Shown in pieces: positions 13,231-26,985 of a stretch of DNA of 64,000 nucleotides. Positions within the stretch are counted from its first letter, which is position 1. Each line of letters opens with the position of its first letter. This DNA is from Octopus sinensis (lineage: Eukaryota). Made by a program: the position numbers and the translations under genes. The stretch lies in NCBI RefSeq assembly GCF_006345805.1, contig NC_043004.1, positions 52,266,001 through 52,330,000 on the forward strand, in the 5' to 3' direction. The notes under the pieces are model-generated. The model was given only the letters and a program-made list of their open reading frames with translations, did no database searches and was not told the DNA's origin.

Positions 13231-13469
13231 ACTATAATCAGTAACATTCCTTTTTACATTAGATTGGAAAGTGTACTACTTCAATGAGCTCACAATGCCA
13301 AATAATTCAGATAACTCTTAAATTTTTTTTCAAAGAAGTGCAAAATCTAATGTCCTCAAAATCCATTAACAGTCTCCGCGAATAGCTAAGTCATAAATTC
13401 TACCATATGGAAGAACTGAATCTAAGGAATCAACTTTTGGTACCCGTTTACAACCACTTTCCTCAGTTG

Positions 13470-13885
13470 TTGAGCACTTACAAAGCTTGCTTATTTCAAT
13501 AGAGCAGATTTCTGTATTAGAGCAAATCTTGTAGTTTCACCAGTCTCAATAAGTAAAGTATCAAGTCTGCTGGTGACATGAGCAAGGACACCTACATCTA
13601 CTGTGATTACTTTTGTAGAAACCCTCTATTTTCTTCACATTTACCTAGCCAAATCTTGTTATTTTCTCCTGAAAGTGGTCGCTACATTCATGTCCGCAGT
13701 CGGAGACACGCATATGATGATGCACTCTTTTTTGTCTTCGTCCAGACCGCAAATATGTGGTCGCATTGCTTGAAGTTCGTGATCAATCTGTACAGTCAAA
13801 TCTCATAAGACCTACTCCTAATTTACTGCACCTCTCTTTGCTGTAGTATGTCCCAGTGTATTGCCTTGGCTACACAAACGTGCCT
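13470..13885 (-). mobile_element. Old R4/Dong-clade LINE, endonuclease fragment
   Basis: VAKAIHWDI..VQIDHELQAMRPHI..KKECIII..QDLAR..TKVITVDVGVL..IQKSALL, with stops. Confidence 0.7.
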
Positions 13886-13967
13886 GCGTCTATAATCATC
13901 ATCATCTTAATTCATTATCATCATCATCATCATTATTATTATTACTATTATTATTATTATTATTATT

Positions 13968-14043
13968 GAGTGAGAGAGCAGTGCATGCCATCAAAGTGAC
14001 ACTGGGGTAAAATATACGAAGCCCAATATACCCATCATGACTA
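13968..14043 (-). mobile_element. 3' 76-bp fragment of the (AAT)n-associated non-coding element
   Basis: Reverse complement matches about 62255-62330; flanked by (ATT)n on both sides. Confidence 0.85.
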
Positions 14044-14069
14044 TTATTATTATTATTATTATATTATTA

Positions 14070-14110
<41 letters not shown>

Positions 14111-14113
14111 TTA

Positions 14114-15330
14114 CTGCGGAACATATCGGACGTGTTTTCGAACGCTCCAAGTAAGTCCATTTCAAAATAATTATTTACACCAGGATTGGTGTCCTTTTTC
14201 AATAATATTTTATTCCATTACCAATATGGAATACATAGCGAGGGGCAAACAATACGGCATCTTTTCGGCTGTTTAAGTCAGAAGCCCTCGCTATAAAACA
14301 TACAATGATCCCCTGCAAAACCAGCAAAGTCATTATGTATCCCTCCCACGTGGGGAAACGTACAGCCTATGTCCGCATTCATACAATCCCATCAGGACTT
14401 TTGGGATGCGTAATCGTGGAGGGAACGGATACTGTTCCAATGGAGGCGACGACAATTGCCAGGGAGGACTGATCCGGAGTTGACCTGGGGATACTTCTCC
14501 AAATCAAACCCGCAAACATAAAAACCATCCCGGATCACCTCCATCTCCAGAACGGGATACATATCATGATTGGGGACAAAAGACCTCGCTGTTCCCACCT
14601 AGAACAAAGTGCAAGGGGTCAAATTCCTCCAGTGATGCCTACGCTGGGACGAGAACCTTAAACAACTCCAGTACTGCCAAATCCACCCGCAACCACACCA
14701 AAGACATCAACCACCCTAGGTAGAAACAAGGAAAGCTCTCCCACTCACCGGACACCAAACAGAAATACACACATAACCAAGATTATAAACATACACACAT
14801 ACACAAACAAACTTACACTAACATACCCTTCATCTTCCAGAAGTGAAGATGAAAGAAAACCAAAGGTCCAAAAATCAAAAGAGAAAACATAAAACAAAAA
14901 CGCCACAAATCATAACAACACCCACAATAAAAAAAATCGGACACCATCCACGTAAACATTTTCCCCAAAACACCAGCACCAACACAAGCAGTACCATCAC
15001 TATCACCAGAATCCCCCCAAATACAAACAACCTAAACAAGAACAGACACTCACACAAACATCTAAAAATGCAGACACCACACACAGACACAATAGGAACA
15101 ACAACAGCAAGATCATCACCGCTATAGTCAAGCAAACAATTTAAACAACACCAACACGAAATACTCATCAGAAGAGAGAATGAGGAACTCTAAACGCGTA
15201 GCGCAAAATACAGAATTTGAAAAGGTGACGTACGACATTCGAATCGAACACATTTCGCTGGCTTCCTACACAAAACTTCGATAGAGCTTTCGAAGGAGAG
15301 ACGTGGGAACCCAGAACGTGAGACCCACAT
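14114..15330 (+). mobile_element. Probable Penelope-like 3' end (GIY-YIG C-terminus plus long C/A-rich tail)
   Basis: AEHI..FKII..SEALAIK-like motifs at 14114-14360; weak hammerhead-like remnant cagaaga-gag..ctc-taaac-gc-gta at 15169-15200. The 3' boundary is uncertain. Confidence 0.45.
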
Positions 15331-16090
15331 TGTGGCCATATTTTTTCAATTTCATTCAGGAAATATTTATATTTTTTGAACTCATGTAATTCTTTCGCCG
15401 AGATATTATAATCACAAGCTATGCTCATGTCAATCAATAAGCAGATTTTACTGTTTTGGTCTTTCACGACAATATCTGGTTTATTTGCTTCGATGATCCG
15501 GTCTATATGTACTGTATGACCCAAAGAATCGTTACATTTTCCCCACCAGTAACAGCCTCAGTATGTTGCTTGCAGTTTTGATTTTAAAATGCCGACAAAT
15601 CCAGTTTAAATATCGGCCAACTATATCATGCCTAAAATGTTACACACAGAGATTAGGTGACCCACTATTTCAATGTCATCTTCGCAGTATCGGCACATTG
15701 GGTCTACTATATATGTTTTATTACATTGTTAGTGACGGGTCAATAATCTCTGGTCTTGAGCAGCCAAGATAAAGTCTTCGCTCTGAGCTCCGTAACCACT
15801 GATGAGTGTGCTTTTGGTTTACATCAGCTTGTTTGCTACGGGCCACATATTTGCTATGCCTAAGTTTTTGTTCCCACCTATCAGTCATTCGTCCAAACGC
15901 TATTTTGCTTTGCCATTGATTTCACCTTTTTTAGATCAACAGTTGCCACACTTACATAATCCTGTTCAGTCTGGATATTATGCATGAATTCATTTGTATA
16001 TTCTTTGCTCTCCTTTGTGGCAGAATGAGGCTTCTTAAGTCTCTCGTTCTTTATAACGTGTTTTAGCATCCTGTCATTAGACGTTTCACG
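15330..16090 (-). mobile_element. R4/Dong-clade LINE 3' fragment, decayed
   Basis: ETSNDRMLK..; IEANKPDIVVKDQNSKICLLIDMSIACDYNISAKE..KYK..EIEKIW; same family as 36580-37715. Confidence 0.88.
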
Positions 16091-16147
<57 letters not shown>

Positions 16148-16434
16148 GAGTGAGAGTGTAATGCATGTCAATGGGGTCAATGGGGTAAAATAGATGAAGC
16201 CCAGTATACACCAGGCACATGCATCACAACCATATGTGCGCGACATGGTGATCACATATCAAAATAACCAGCACATGACTTTGCAGGTGGGGCCCAGTTA
16301 GAATTTTCTTCCGGTCGAGTAACCCATCCCGCTCAAAAGGTCACTGAATAGGGTTTTTTAAGGAAGTTGAACGAAACACTCGTGTTTTCAGAGGTGAATT
16401 ATTCAAACCCCAATGAATCCGTCTCAACACATGG
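16148..16434 (-). mobile_element. (AAT)n-associated non-coding element, 3' part
   Basis: Homologous to 42874-43412 and 61851-62330; (AAT)n tail at 16091-16147. Confidence 0.85.
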
Positions 16435-17868
16435 AGCACAACTCCAAGTCCTGGTGGATGGCAGAAAGCCAAGATGCTACACTTTTAAGTCTAACCCTCA
16501 TTTGAAGATCGACCACAAGCAAAATCACCAAATGGAGCTCGAGAAACGGCGGCTCTGCGGCCACCACCACAGGAAGTCCAAAAGCTGTAACAAAAATCAA
16601 TGCCGCAACAGCCATTAAAGCCATATTTTCAAAAGCAGAATCCCACCACCACAATGGCAGCAACAACTGTAGCAGTGGAAACAAGCGCGCCCGAAAATTC
16701 CTAACGGCGAACGATATAGATACACCACATACTTCTGACACGGGCGATTCAGAAGCCTTATCATGTGCCGAGGGGTAACTGAACCCCCCAAGCATGATCT
16801 CTGTTGGGGAAAAGCGAAAAAACAGTTCCTGAGGTGAAAGTGAAAAACAGGACAAGGAAAATTCACGTAATCCATCAGCTACACTAACAACACTAACACA
16901 CCCAAATCCCCAAAACAAAAGCAATGCACACTCATTCAGCCATAACCACAACTACAAAATGCACCAAAACAGAAACAAATACACGGATAAAAACAGCATT
17001 CACAAGAACAACACACACAACTGACTACAGAATTCCAACGCTCCATCAACTTCACATTCGTTCGCAAGAGAAACAGCGAGCTGATGTAGGAAGTAATGGG
17101 AAATGCAAACATTCACACAAAAGGAGTAGGGTTCGACGAATTTCTGTCGAAACTCTCTATGATAGACAGCTGATAAAAATGGACAGAAACAATTATCCAG
17201 AACTTCAAACAATACCCAAATGTGCCCTTAAGGCTAAAGCCGGATAAGAGGCCTTTAGGAAGGCCCTTCATTAGTGATAATGCCTCATATGAAGCAGGTG
17301 AGTCAGCCGACCCTCTCAAAATCCAAGGTAAGTGACCATCTCCCATTTTGTTTCTCCGATAAACATGATTGTTTTCGGAGCAGGGTGTATAAATGCTCGT
17401 GGCCTGGGGTCAGCTTCGAAGCAAGGTCACTAGCTAAACGACCTCACGTCGTTCGATATAGATGTGGCTGCAATTAGTGTGACAAGGATTTCTAATGCGC
17501 AAGTTTTAGCGCCCATATTCGATGACTATGAGATATTCTCATGTCGTGTGTCTAGTTGCTGGGTAGCAGTGCTATTCCTTAGATCTCAAAGCAAAGGCAA
17601 TTTTCTTGGACCTGGGCGGAAGGCTGGTGGTCCTAAATGAGAATGGTATTGAAGATTGCGCCTTTAGACTGGTGATTATCTTTGTCTCGACAGGTGCTGG
17701 AAAGACAGGATTTTTCAGGTGTCTAGAAACTTTCCTAGGAACGTCTCGCAGTTAGTAGTGGTAGGGGACTGGAATAGGATTTTGGAAACCCGGAGGGATT
17801 GTGTGGGGCTACTACACAGAAGTGGGGGCAAAAACCTCGTAAACCTATTTAGAGACTTCCAGTTGCCT
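16435..17868 (+). mobile_element. Tx1/L1-clade LINE fragment: probable ORF1 tail plus APE endonuclease of ORF2, decayed
   Basis: From about 17375: GCINARGL..DIDVAAISVTR..VAVLF..GGRLVVL..FRLVIIF..FFRCLETFL..LVVVGDWN. The ORF1 assignment is positional only. Confidence 0.75.
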
Positions 17869-17907
17869 GATTTGGTAGACGGAAACTGAAAGAAGCCCGT
17901 CGTGTAC

Positions 17908-17963
<56 letters not shown>

Positions 17964-18190
17964 ATATATGTATACGTGTGTGTGTGTATGTTTGTGTGTC
18001 TGTGTTTGTTTCCCATCGTTTGACAACTGATGCTGGTGTGTTTGCGTCCCAGTAATCTAGCGGTTCGACAAATAGTTCAATAAAATGAATATTAGGTTTG
18101 CAGCGAATAAATCCTGGGATTGATTTGTTTGACTAAAGGCGGTGCTCCAGTATGGCCGCAGTTAAACAACTGAAACAAGTAAAAGAAAAG
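17869..18190 (+). mobile_element. SINE family A, 5'-truncated
   Basis: GATTTGGTAGACGGAAACTGAAAGAAGCCCGTCG through CTGAAACAAGTAAAAG. Confidence 0.85.
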
Positions 18191-18227
18191 AGAATATACA
18201 CATAAATACAACCATGCATACATACAT

Positions 18228-18276
<49 letters not shown>

Positions 18277-18369
18277 TACACACACACAAAAACATATATA
18301 TATAGACAAACATATATCTAAGTACGTACATAACATTATATTCATGTATATTCATATTGTGTATGTGTG

Positions 18370-18400
<31 letters not shown>

Positions 18401-18420
18401 GCATGTTAAGATTGTGTGTC

Positions 18421-18472
<52 letters not shown>

Positions 18473-18480
18473 CATATATA

Positions 18481-18623
<143 letters not shown>

Positions 18624-19559
18624 CTGCATCCATGCAGGTATATGTGTGTGTCTATTTAGACGTCTATGCAGCTCATGTTCTCATACATATGTTTCGTTTT
18701 CAATGAGAATCTCAACGACAAAGAGATGTTTGTAGCCAACAATGAAAACCTGTTCTGTAATACAATTAATCAACTCATTGTATTATATCTCATCATTATC
18801 AAAGGCAACTGATGGAGCAGATTTGATTGACTGTCTGAACCCATTCATCTCTTGGAAACGCCCCCACCATTGCCACACGGAATTGATCTACCCTACCTAC
18901 CAACTTACTTACCGACCTACCTACCTATCTACCTATCTACCTACCTACACGCTTCTATTGTTGTATTTTTCTTTGTTGCATCACTAATCATGCTGTATAG
19001 TAGCACTTTGCGAATGTAACGTTCATTCACACTATTAATTATCATCGTGTGATCTAATCCGGCAAGCGTCTGATATACTGAATCAAGCATGAAGACTGGT
19101 TCTCTTTACTTCAGTGTAATTTTCTATACTAGTTATCATGTAGTTGGTAGTATTAATTTGTGTCTATAACAGTCATTCACAGCATTCATTTGCTTCGTGA
19201 GTTAAAATGAAGCAATGTTTTATTCTGAGACGTGTCTGATTTAATGAAAGAAACTATATGTATTATGGTTTGTTAAACGAATCTGTGAAAGGGTTATGCT
19301 TTTTTTTAGCTTTCTGTAGAAGAATTCAATTTATCTAACTCCTACTGTGAAATTGGGTTTACAAACATGGGAAATAACTCGGTAACAATCTGGTGCAATT
19401 GGATTTATGAATGTGGAAAACATCTGAATTAATGTTTAAAATATTGGGTTAAGTGAATAGGAATTATATGAACTACTTATCCATGCTGAGAGAACGGGTG
19501 TACAGATTTGGGATAGGCATAAATTATTTAAAGGTGCTGTGAATATGGGGTGCCACACA

Positions 19560-22500
19560 CAGAGAGCTAAGATAGATAGGAAACATTTAACCATGGCATG
19601 AAAATAGGATAAGAATCGTGGTGGGGAGGAAATATCTGAATTATTTAATGTTGTTGTGATAATGGATTATCAAACCTGGGAAAGATACGTATGACTTAAC
19701 GATGTTGTGAATGGAATTAAGAAATTGGGAAAAATCAGTACACTTTGACCCTACCGTGAAATCGAAACCGGTAACGTTCTGTTCTAATTGCTACAAGTCG
19801 ACAGTAAGGGAGTAAGTTGAAAAGAGGAGTGCGTCAAGAGTGCTGGATTGGAAGGGAAAGGAAACAAGACAAGACAGCAGTAACAGAGACCATAGTAGTA
19901 GTAGTAGTAGTAGCAGTAATAGTTGTTTTGGTGGTGGTGGTGGTAGTGGTGGTGGTAATAGTAGCAGCAACAGTAAATAAAAACTTAGAAATGAGACAGC
20001 GGATCTGTGAGTGACAGGAAAATCTCTGAGAGTAACTTTATTTCAATAATTCGAAAAATCTCTCTTTAGATACACTATGTATGTATAGCTGTAGGATAGA
20101 TTCAGATGCTAGCACAGTATTCAAATTGAAGTCTTACTTGTTTTCTATAGATTGTCATAAATTGAGAGAAGTTGAAGTATATTTTGGCCTTACAGAGAAC
20201 GCCTACTCGAGGGGGTTGCATTTCTAGTTTTGTTAAGGATCCTTTCTGCCAAGGAAACTCTACGGTGACACTGAGATCCCGCTTTTAGATTGAATGTGTG
20301 CTTTCTTCGGAAGACTTTTCATATTTAAAGAGGGTTCAAGGGTGACAATGTTTTATTAACTTGTGAATTGGTTGTAATTTTATTTTTCTGTTTAGGAAAA
20401 GATTTTCGTGAGCAAAATGGAGAATGACTTCAGGGTTTCTTAATGATTTCAGAAACGATAGCTATCATGACATGCATAAGTTGCTTGTGGATGACATATG
20501 AGTGTGGAAGGTTAACCAACAATGAAAGGTTGTGATACAAAGAGAAAAATGGACGATGATGAACACAGTAGAAAACAGGACATTGGTAAATAAGATGGAG
20601 AATGTCGGCTACAAAATCGAAGTTTTAGTTACATCAAGCTTTAGTGAGTGTGGTTCCATTAGCAATCAACGATGCTATGATCTGACTAAACACCACTTTT
20701 TCATAAGAGGCGTCAAGGGTGATAATGTTTCATTAGCTTGGGAAGTGGTTGTAATTTTCTTGTGTTATTGAAGAAAAGATTTTCGTGTGCAAAATGGACG
20801 GTGTCTTCGGTGTTTGTTAAAGGCTTCAGAAATGATAGCTACTAAAGCGGCGAGGTGGCAGAAACGTTAGCACGCCGGGCGAAATGCTTAGCGGTATTTT
20901 TTCTGCCGTTACGTTCTGAGTTCAAATTCCGCCGAGGTCGACTTTGCCTTTCATCCTTTCGGGGTCGATTAAATAAGTACCAGTTACGCACTTCGGTCGA
21001 TATAATCGACTTAATCCGTTTGTCTGTCCTTGTTTGTCCCTTCTGTGTTTAGCCCCTTGTGTGTAGTAAAGAAATAGGTATTTCGTCTACCGCTACGTTC
21101 TAAGTTCAAATTCCGCCGAGGTCAACTTTGCCTTTCATCCTTTCGGGGTCGATTAAATAAGTACCAGCTACGCACTGAGTCAATATAATCGACTTAATCC
21201 CTTTGTCTGTCCTTGTTTGACCTCTCTGTGTTTAGCCCCTTGTGAGTAATAAAGAAATAGAGAAATAGACATTCCGTCTGCCGTAACGTTCTGAGTTCAA
21301 ATTCTGACGAGGTTGACTTTGCCTTTCATCCTTTCGAGGTCGATAAATTAAGTACCACTTACGCACTGGGGTCGATGTAATCGACATAATACCTTTGCCT
21401 GTCCTTGTTTGTTCCCTCTGTGTTTAGCCCCTTGTGGGCAATTAAGAAATAAGGAATGGTAGCTACTATAACATATATAAGGTCGCTTATGGATGACATT
21501 TGAATGTGGAAGGTTAGCCAGGAATGAAAAATGGTGCTATAAGTATAAAAGTAGACGATGATGAAGATAGCGGAAAATATGTCGCTGATAAATAAGATGA
21601 AGAATGTGGGCTACAGAATCGAAGTCTTGGGGTAAACCAAGATAAAGAGTATGGATACATCCTCAATCAACGGTGCTATGATCTGACTAAACGCCACCTA
21701 TTCAAGAAACGAAAGACTAATAAAGCCTATATGCAAGTAGCTTTCTGCTGGCAAAGTTGCGTGTCAGATGGAGTTAAAACTTTTAGATGTGTCGTGGCAA
21801 CGAAATTGATTTAAGGCAAATTCCTCTAGGGTGTGAACTACTTCTGAGCGACTTTGGGGAATAATTTGGTAGCAGATCTAGCTTTACGAAAAGTAATACA
21901 AGAGATGATTAAGAAAGGAAAGAGAGTTTCACAGTGGTGGCTAATTGCTTGTTAATTGCCATCTTCCTTGCGTTTGAGATAATGGAGATGAATATTTGGC
22001 AGTGTCGGTGGAATTATCGCTGCTTGGGAATTGAACATCAGGTAGCATGTTTCCAAAAGTCTCAATATATTTTGAGAGAAAGAAAGAGAGAGAAGGGGAG
22101 AGAAATAGGAGAGAGAGAGAAAACTTTGGGAAAGAGGGAGAGAGAAAGAGTGAAAGAGAGAGAGAGAGAGCGAAGAGAGAAAGGATTGTAGACGGACAGG
22201 CACATAATGACAGATATAGATGCACAGTGACAGAGGTACAGAGAGAAAGTGAAAGAGAAGAAAGTGGACGAGAAAGAGAGAGAGACAAAGAAAGACAGAG
22301 AAAAGAGAGAGAAATAGAGTGAGAAAAGAGAGAGATAGGGATTGAAGAATTTGATTATAGTGGCCAGCGCTGAAACACGTTGTTCGGGTGTAAAGGCGAG
22401 GGCAATATTAGGACCGATGGTCGTGTTAGCTTTTAGTGATAGAAGCTATATTCCCATGCATGTATTGATGGTGTGGAGCTTTATCGAATAAAAGGAGATA

Positions 22501-23620
22501 TTAAAAGAGCAATAGGTTCATCTAGTCTCTACATCAACAAGGAAAATGCAATGCTGCTAACAAAGACTGAGTGCTTCAACACATGTGCTTCTTCCAGAAC
22601 CATCGTGTTTGAGAAGCGTGGGAAAGGATTATGCTAAAACATGGTTGAATGTCCTTTCTTAAAGGAACCAAAATGATTGGCTTCATTTCAAAAGGCATCA
22701 GAGCTAGAGGGTAGTGCGATGCATAGTGGAATCTATCGTAGTTTAAATTACAGTCTCGCAAAATTTAATGATGTAGGTATAAGCAGTTCAGTTTATATGA
22801 CAAAATGATTTCTCCAAGCGGTACGAGATGAGTTGTTTGGTTGTTTATGACAACGGGATGTGGCTAAGAGAGAGAGAGAGAAATGCCTAAGAAGATATAT
22901 CATGCTCATAAAAAGTTTCTTGTATGAAGAAAAGAATAGAGATGAAGCAAATATACTGCTAAAGATAGTTATCTTCGAATTGGCACAAACTCAACGTTTC
23001 AGCTGATTTAAAATGCTCTAACCTGGAAGGTTGTTGTGCAGTATATTGATGTGTGTCAAGAATTCACGATAGGACCAATGCAATTCGGGATCATATGTAT
23101 GCGGAAACGGTTACGGTTTGTAATATTTGTGTTAAAAATTGAGAAAGATATTAACTTTGTTTTCATATTGGCAGCATTATCAGGGGATAAATATAATCAC
23201 GATGACTTCGAAGAGTAAGGTATGGAGATAAATGTCTTGGATGGAGACAGAGATGGGGGTCAGAGAGTTTTTCGTGGTTAAAAGAATCCAGACAGCAGTG
23301 AAGAAAGCAGTATTTACTAGGAATAATGGAAAACGGAAATTTTGCATCAGAATAACTAAAACTACTTTTGCTGCTGATATCCAGATCTTATACGCGAGTA
23401 AGAAGAAAAGATAAGTTTATGTATAAGCAGGCATCGCCTTTCGAAACTGATGCTTGTGAAAACAGCGGAGCCTGGACCATAGATGCAAACTATAGATAAG
23501 GGATCATAGATGCAGGCTGTAGATAAGGTCTCATTGATTAGTGTGCTGGAGAGGAACACAAAATGTTACTTGCACATATGCCGAAGACAGAACGTATTGG
23601 AATCTATGAATGATAGAGAA
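19560..23620 (-). mobile_element. Old CR1/L2-group LINE ORF2 (APE plus RT), heavily decayed, with internal duplication and SINE/AG-rich insertions
   Basis: FWKHA..PK (about 22060-22030); TFRKARSA; TSIL*PTFSILFTN (cf. QGSVLSPTLFLLFIND); TIYRKQVRLQFEYCASI (cf. TLYKAQIRPxLEYCSHIW); APE-like segment at 23300-23600. Confidence 0.7.
20845..21452 (+). mobile_element. SINE family B trimer
   Basis: One head plus three tandem bodies; TSD gaaatgatagctacta (20829-20844) / ggaatggtagctacta (21453-21468). Confidence 0.92.
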
Positions 23621-23826
23621 GAGTAGATAACATTTTCCATGTCTTTAAATATAAATGTTTGGCATGTTGTGAACAATGTTTTGAGATTTACAGATAATCC
23701 CTATGAAGTGTCTAAGTAGAATGCTTGCAACAAAGAAGCAAAGTTTGCTAAAACTTCTCATAGGCTTTGTGGGGGGCATTAGACCGAGCAGTATAATGTG
23801 CTTACTGGTAGAAATTGTATGCATTT

Positions 23827-24228
23827 AAGGTGGTTAGATGGCAGAAACGTTAGCACGCCGGGTGAAATGCCTAGTTGATTTTGTCTGCCGCTACGTTCTG
23901 AGTTCAAATTCCGCCGAGTTCGACTTTGCTTTTCATCATTTCGGGGTCGATAAATTAAGTACCAGTTACGCACTGGGATCGATCTAATCGACTTAATTCC
24001 TTTGTCTGTCTTTGTTTGTCATCTCTGTGTTTAGTCCCTTGTGGGTAGTAAAGAAATAGGTATTTTGTCCAGCCTTACGTTCTGATTCCAAATTCGGTCG
24101 AGGTCGACTTTGCTTTTCATCCTTTCGGGGTCGATAAATTAAGTACCAGTTACGCACTGCGGTCGATCCAATCGACTTAATCCCTTTGTCTGTCCTTGTT
24201 TGTCCCCTCTATGGGCAATAAAGAAATA
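23827..24228 (+). mobile_element. SINE family B dimer
   Basis: TSD agaaattgtatgcatt (23810-23825) / agaaatcatatgcatt (24229-24244). Confidence 0.9.
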
Positions 24229-24411
24229 AGAAATCATATGCATTATATACATTTTGGGGTCTGGATACCGAATGTTCAAATATTCACGATCGAATCTTGT
24301 AGCCATCTTCGATATGAATTTCAAAGACGCTTTTAAGTATGGGATCCCGATTTATAGCTCTAATTTATATAAACAATGTTCATTAACCGAATCGGTAGTA
24401 TAAAGTGCAAA

Positions 24412-24801
24412 GTGGAGGCGCAATGGCCCAGTGGTTAGGGCAGCGGACTCGCGGTCGTAGGATCGCGGTTTCGATTCCCAGACCGGGCGTTGTGAGTGTT
24501 TATTGAGCGAAAACACCTAAAGCTCCACGAGACTCCGGCAGGGGATGGTGGTGATCCCTGCTGTACTCTTTCATCACAGCTTTCTTTCTCACTCTTACTT
24601 CCTGCTTCTGTTGTACCTGTATTTCAAAGGGCCGGCCTTGTCACCCTCTGTGTCACGCTGAATATCCCCGAGAACTACGTTAAGGGTACACGTGTCTGTG
24701 GAGTGCTCAGCCACTTACACGTTAATTTCACGAGCAGACTGTTCCGTTGATTCGGATCAACCGGAACCCTCATCGTCGTAACCGACGGAGTGCTTCCTTC
24801 C
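24412..24801 (+). mobile_element. tRNA-derived SINE family C (possibly octopus OR-type), young
   Basis: TGGCCCAGTGG A box, GGTTTCGATTCCC B box; perfect 15-bp TSD agtataaagtgcaaa (24397-24411 / 24802-24816). Confidence 0.92.
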
Positions 24802-26082
24802 AGTATAAAGTGCAAAATTATTTTAAGCTATTTAATTGCCTACTGTACGTTCCAGGTTCAAATCAAGCAAAGGTTGATTTTTTACATTTCATCCTTTGTG
24901 GAGTAGATGCAAAAAAGTACCAGCTGTTTACTGGATCGATGTAACAGACTGGGCTCAGTCTCCAGATTTGAATCTGTGCGACTATGTTAAGAAAATCAAT
25001 ATATTACAGTCCAACATTATAGTCTGTGGAATAAAAGACAAATGGGTAAAAGAATACGGAAGAGAAAGAGGTGAAGAATATTGATGGAATAAATAATTAA
25101 ATATGTCCTTATAATTATTTATTGATTTTTTCCTTTCAAATTAGTCTCACTTGGATTCTATAATTATGAGGCGTCAACATAATTTATCTTTTATGTATTT
25201 CACATATAATGGATCGCACATTTCTTTTCTTTTTTAAATTCATTTTTATTGATGCACTTTGAACACTTGCAGATTTGACAATTCAAGGACCCTCGTCCAT
25301 AATAAAGTGAATGAAAAGCTATATACTTCCATAGCTGCTATATTTGTATATTTTTCGAAAGAGACATAATATAGAGGAATTGCTTTTGTAATTGACTAAC
25401 TTTTGTTAAAAATAAAGGAAATAAAATAAAGGAAATAAATTGCCTCACATATGTTCTGTTACTAACGAGATCGTATTTACTACGTTTTTCTTTTATATAT
25501 AGGAAATATATGCAGGGAAACTGAAGTAGTTTCAAAAGAGGGAAGTTTTCAGCTGTTTCGTTTCTTCATGAATTGTATACACCCCCATATATATATATAT
25601 ATGAATACACATGTACATCTTGCACATATATATGCACACACACATACACAACACACACACACACGCGCACACACACACACACATACATAAACACACACAC
25701 ACTCACACATACAAATTGCCTCCGTTCCTCAGAACAAAACAAGTGACCCCATTCTAGACTGGCATAGTTCAGATCCTTAAAAGAGACAAGAAAATAGTTC
25801 ATAGGTACAGAAATGACCGGTTTTCTCCACTTAATCACTTGATTACCTCCTAATTCTTAATTTAATCATTTTATTCTACAATCTCTTTAGAGAATATTCT
25901 TCCTTATAATCTAACCATTAGTGTAGAATAGTGATTTATAGTCAAGCCAATACTTTTCTTTTCTTCTGTTTGATTTTTATTTACGCATTTTGAACATTAA
26001 TTGTATCCCTGTACCTACACATTTAGCTTTGTCTTTGAAATGTTGAGTTGGACCACCACACTGAGTGAAATGACGTGGGGGC

Positions 26083-26206
26083 CTGATGAAGAATTTATGT
26101 ACACATTCACTTGAGGAGGTGCATTTTACATCTTAGAGGTGGGATAATGATTGTACAACACATCATCAACGAACTAAATGTGTAAAATATGTCGAAACAA
26201 CTGTAG
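26083..26206 (+). ncRNA. Degenerate hammerhead-like motif with long stem II
   Basis: CTGATGA-a-g..tacacatt[loop]aatgtgta..c-GAAAC-AACT-GT-A; stem I is not preserved. Confidence 0.45.
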
Positions 26207-26953
26207 TAATTTATATAAGGAATGCCGGTCTTTTCTTATTGTATCGTTTTTCTCTCTCTCCACTCCTCTCTCTATCTATGTATCTATCTATATATATGTA
26301 TATGTATGTGTGTAAGTGTACAAGGGCACACACTCGATATTTACTAATATAAAAATACACACTGCTATATATATATAATGTGTGCATGTATACATGCACA
26401 TGTATTTTGTGTGTGAGCGTGTGTGCGTGTGTGTATGTGTGTGTGTGCGTGCAAGGCTAGGATGAAAATACCAAAATTAATTATTAATTTTCAATCAGTA
26501 GATATAAAGTTTTTCTGCGTTGAGCAAAGGGTTATCGATAGTACAAAAAGAAGGGAGACTACGATCCTTGGGTAGAGATAAATATGAGATACCCCGACTA
26601 GAATAAAAGGGGAAAAAAAACAAAAACAACAGAAATCAAATATCCTGCACAAATAGTTAAATGGCCACTTGGTACATGAAGCCATAAAATTACACTCACA
26701 TAGAAGTCACATAGATCAATGCATTATATGCACTCATGGTTATTAGGAGAGACAGGTATACACATGCATTTAAAAATCTGGATATATATTTATATGCACT
26801 GTGACATATACAAGGTCCCATATATATTCACATATATATGTGAATAATTGTAAAACTACTAATGTATATGCATACATGCATACATAAATACATACAGAAA
26901 TACGTATGTATGTATGTGTGTCTATATAAATACGCTTATGCATATATATATAA

Positions 26954-26985
<32 letters not shown>

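Noticed and set aside
24414-24490. tRNA gene
   Set aside because: It has A/B boxes but no proper cloverleaf, and continues into a repeated body with a 15-bp TSD, so it is a SINE head.
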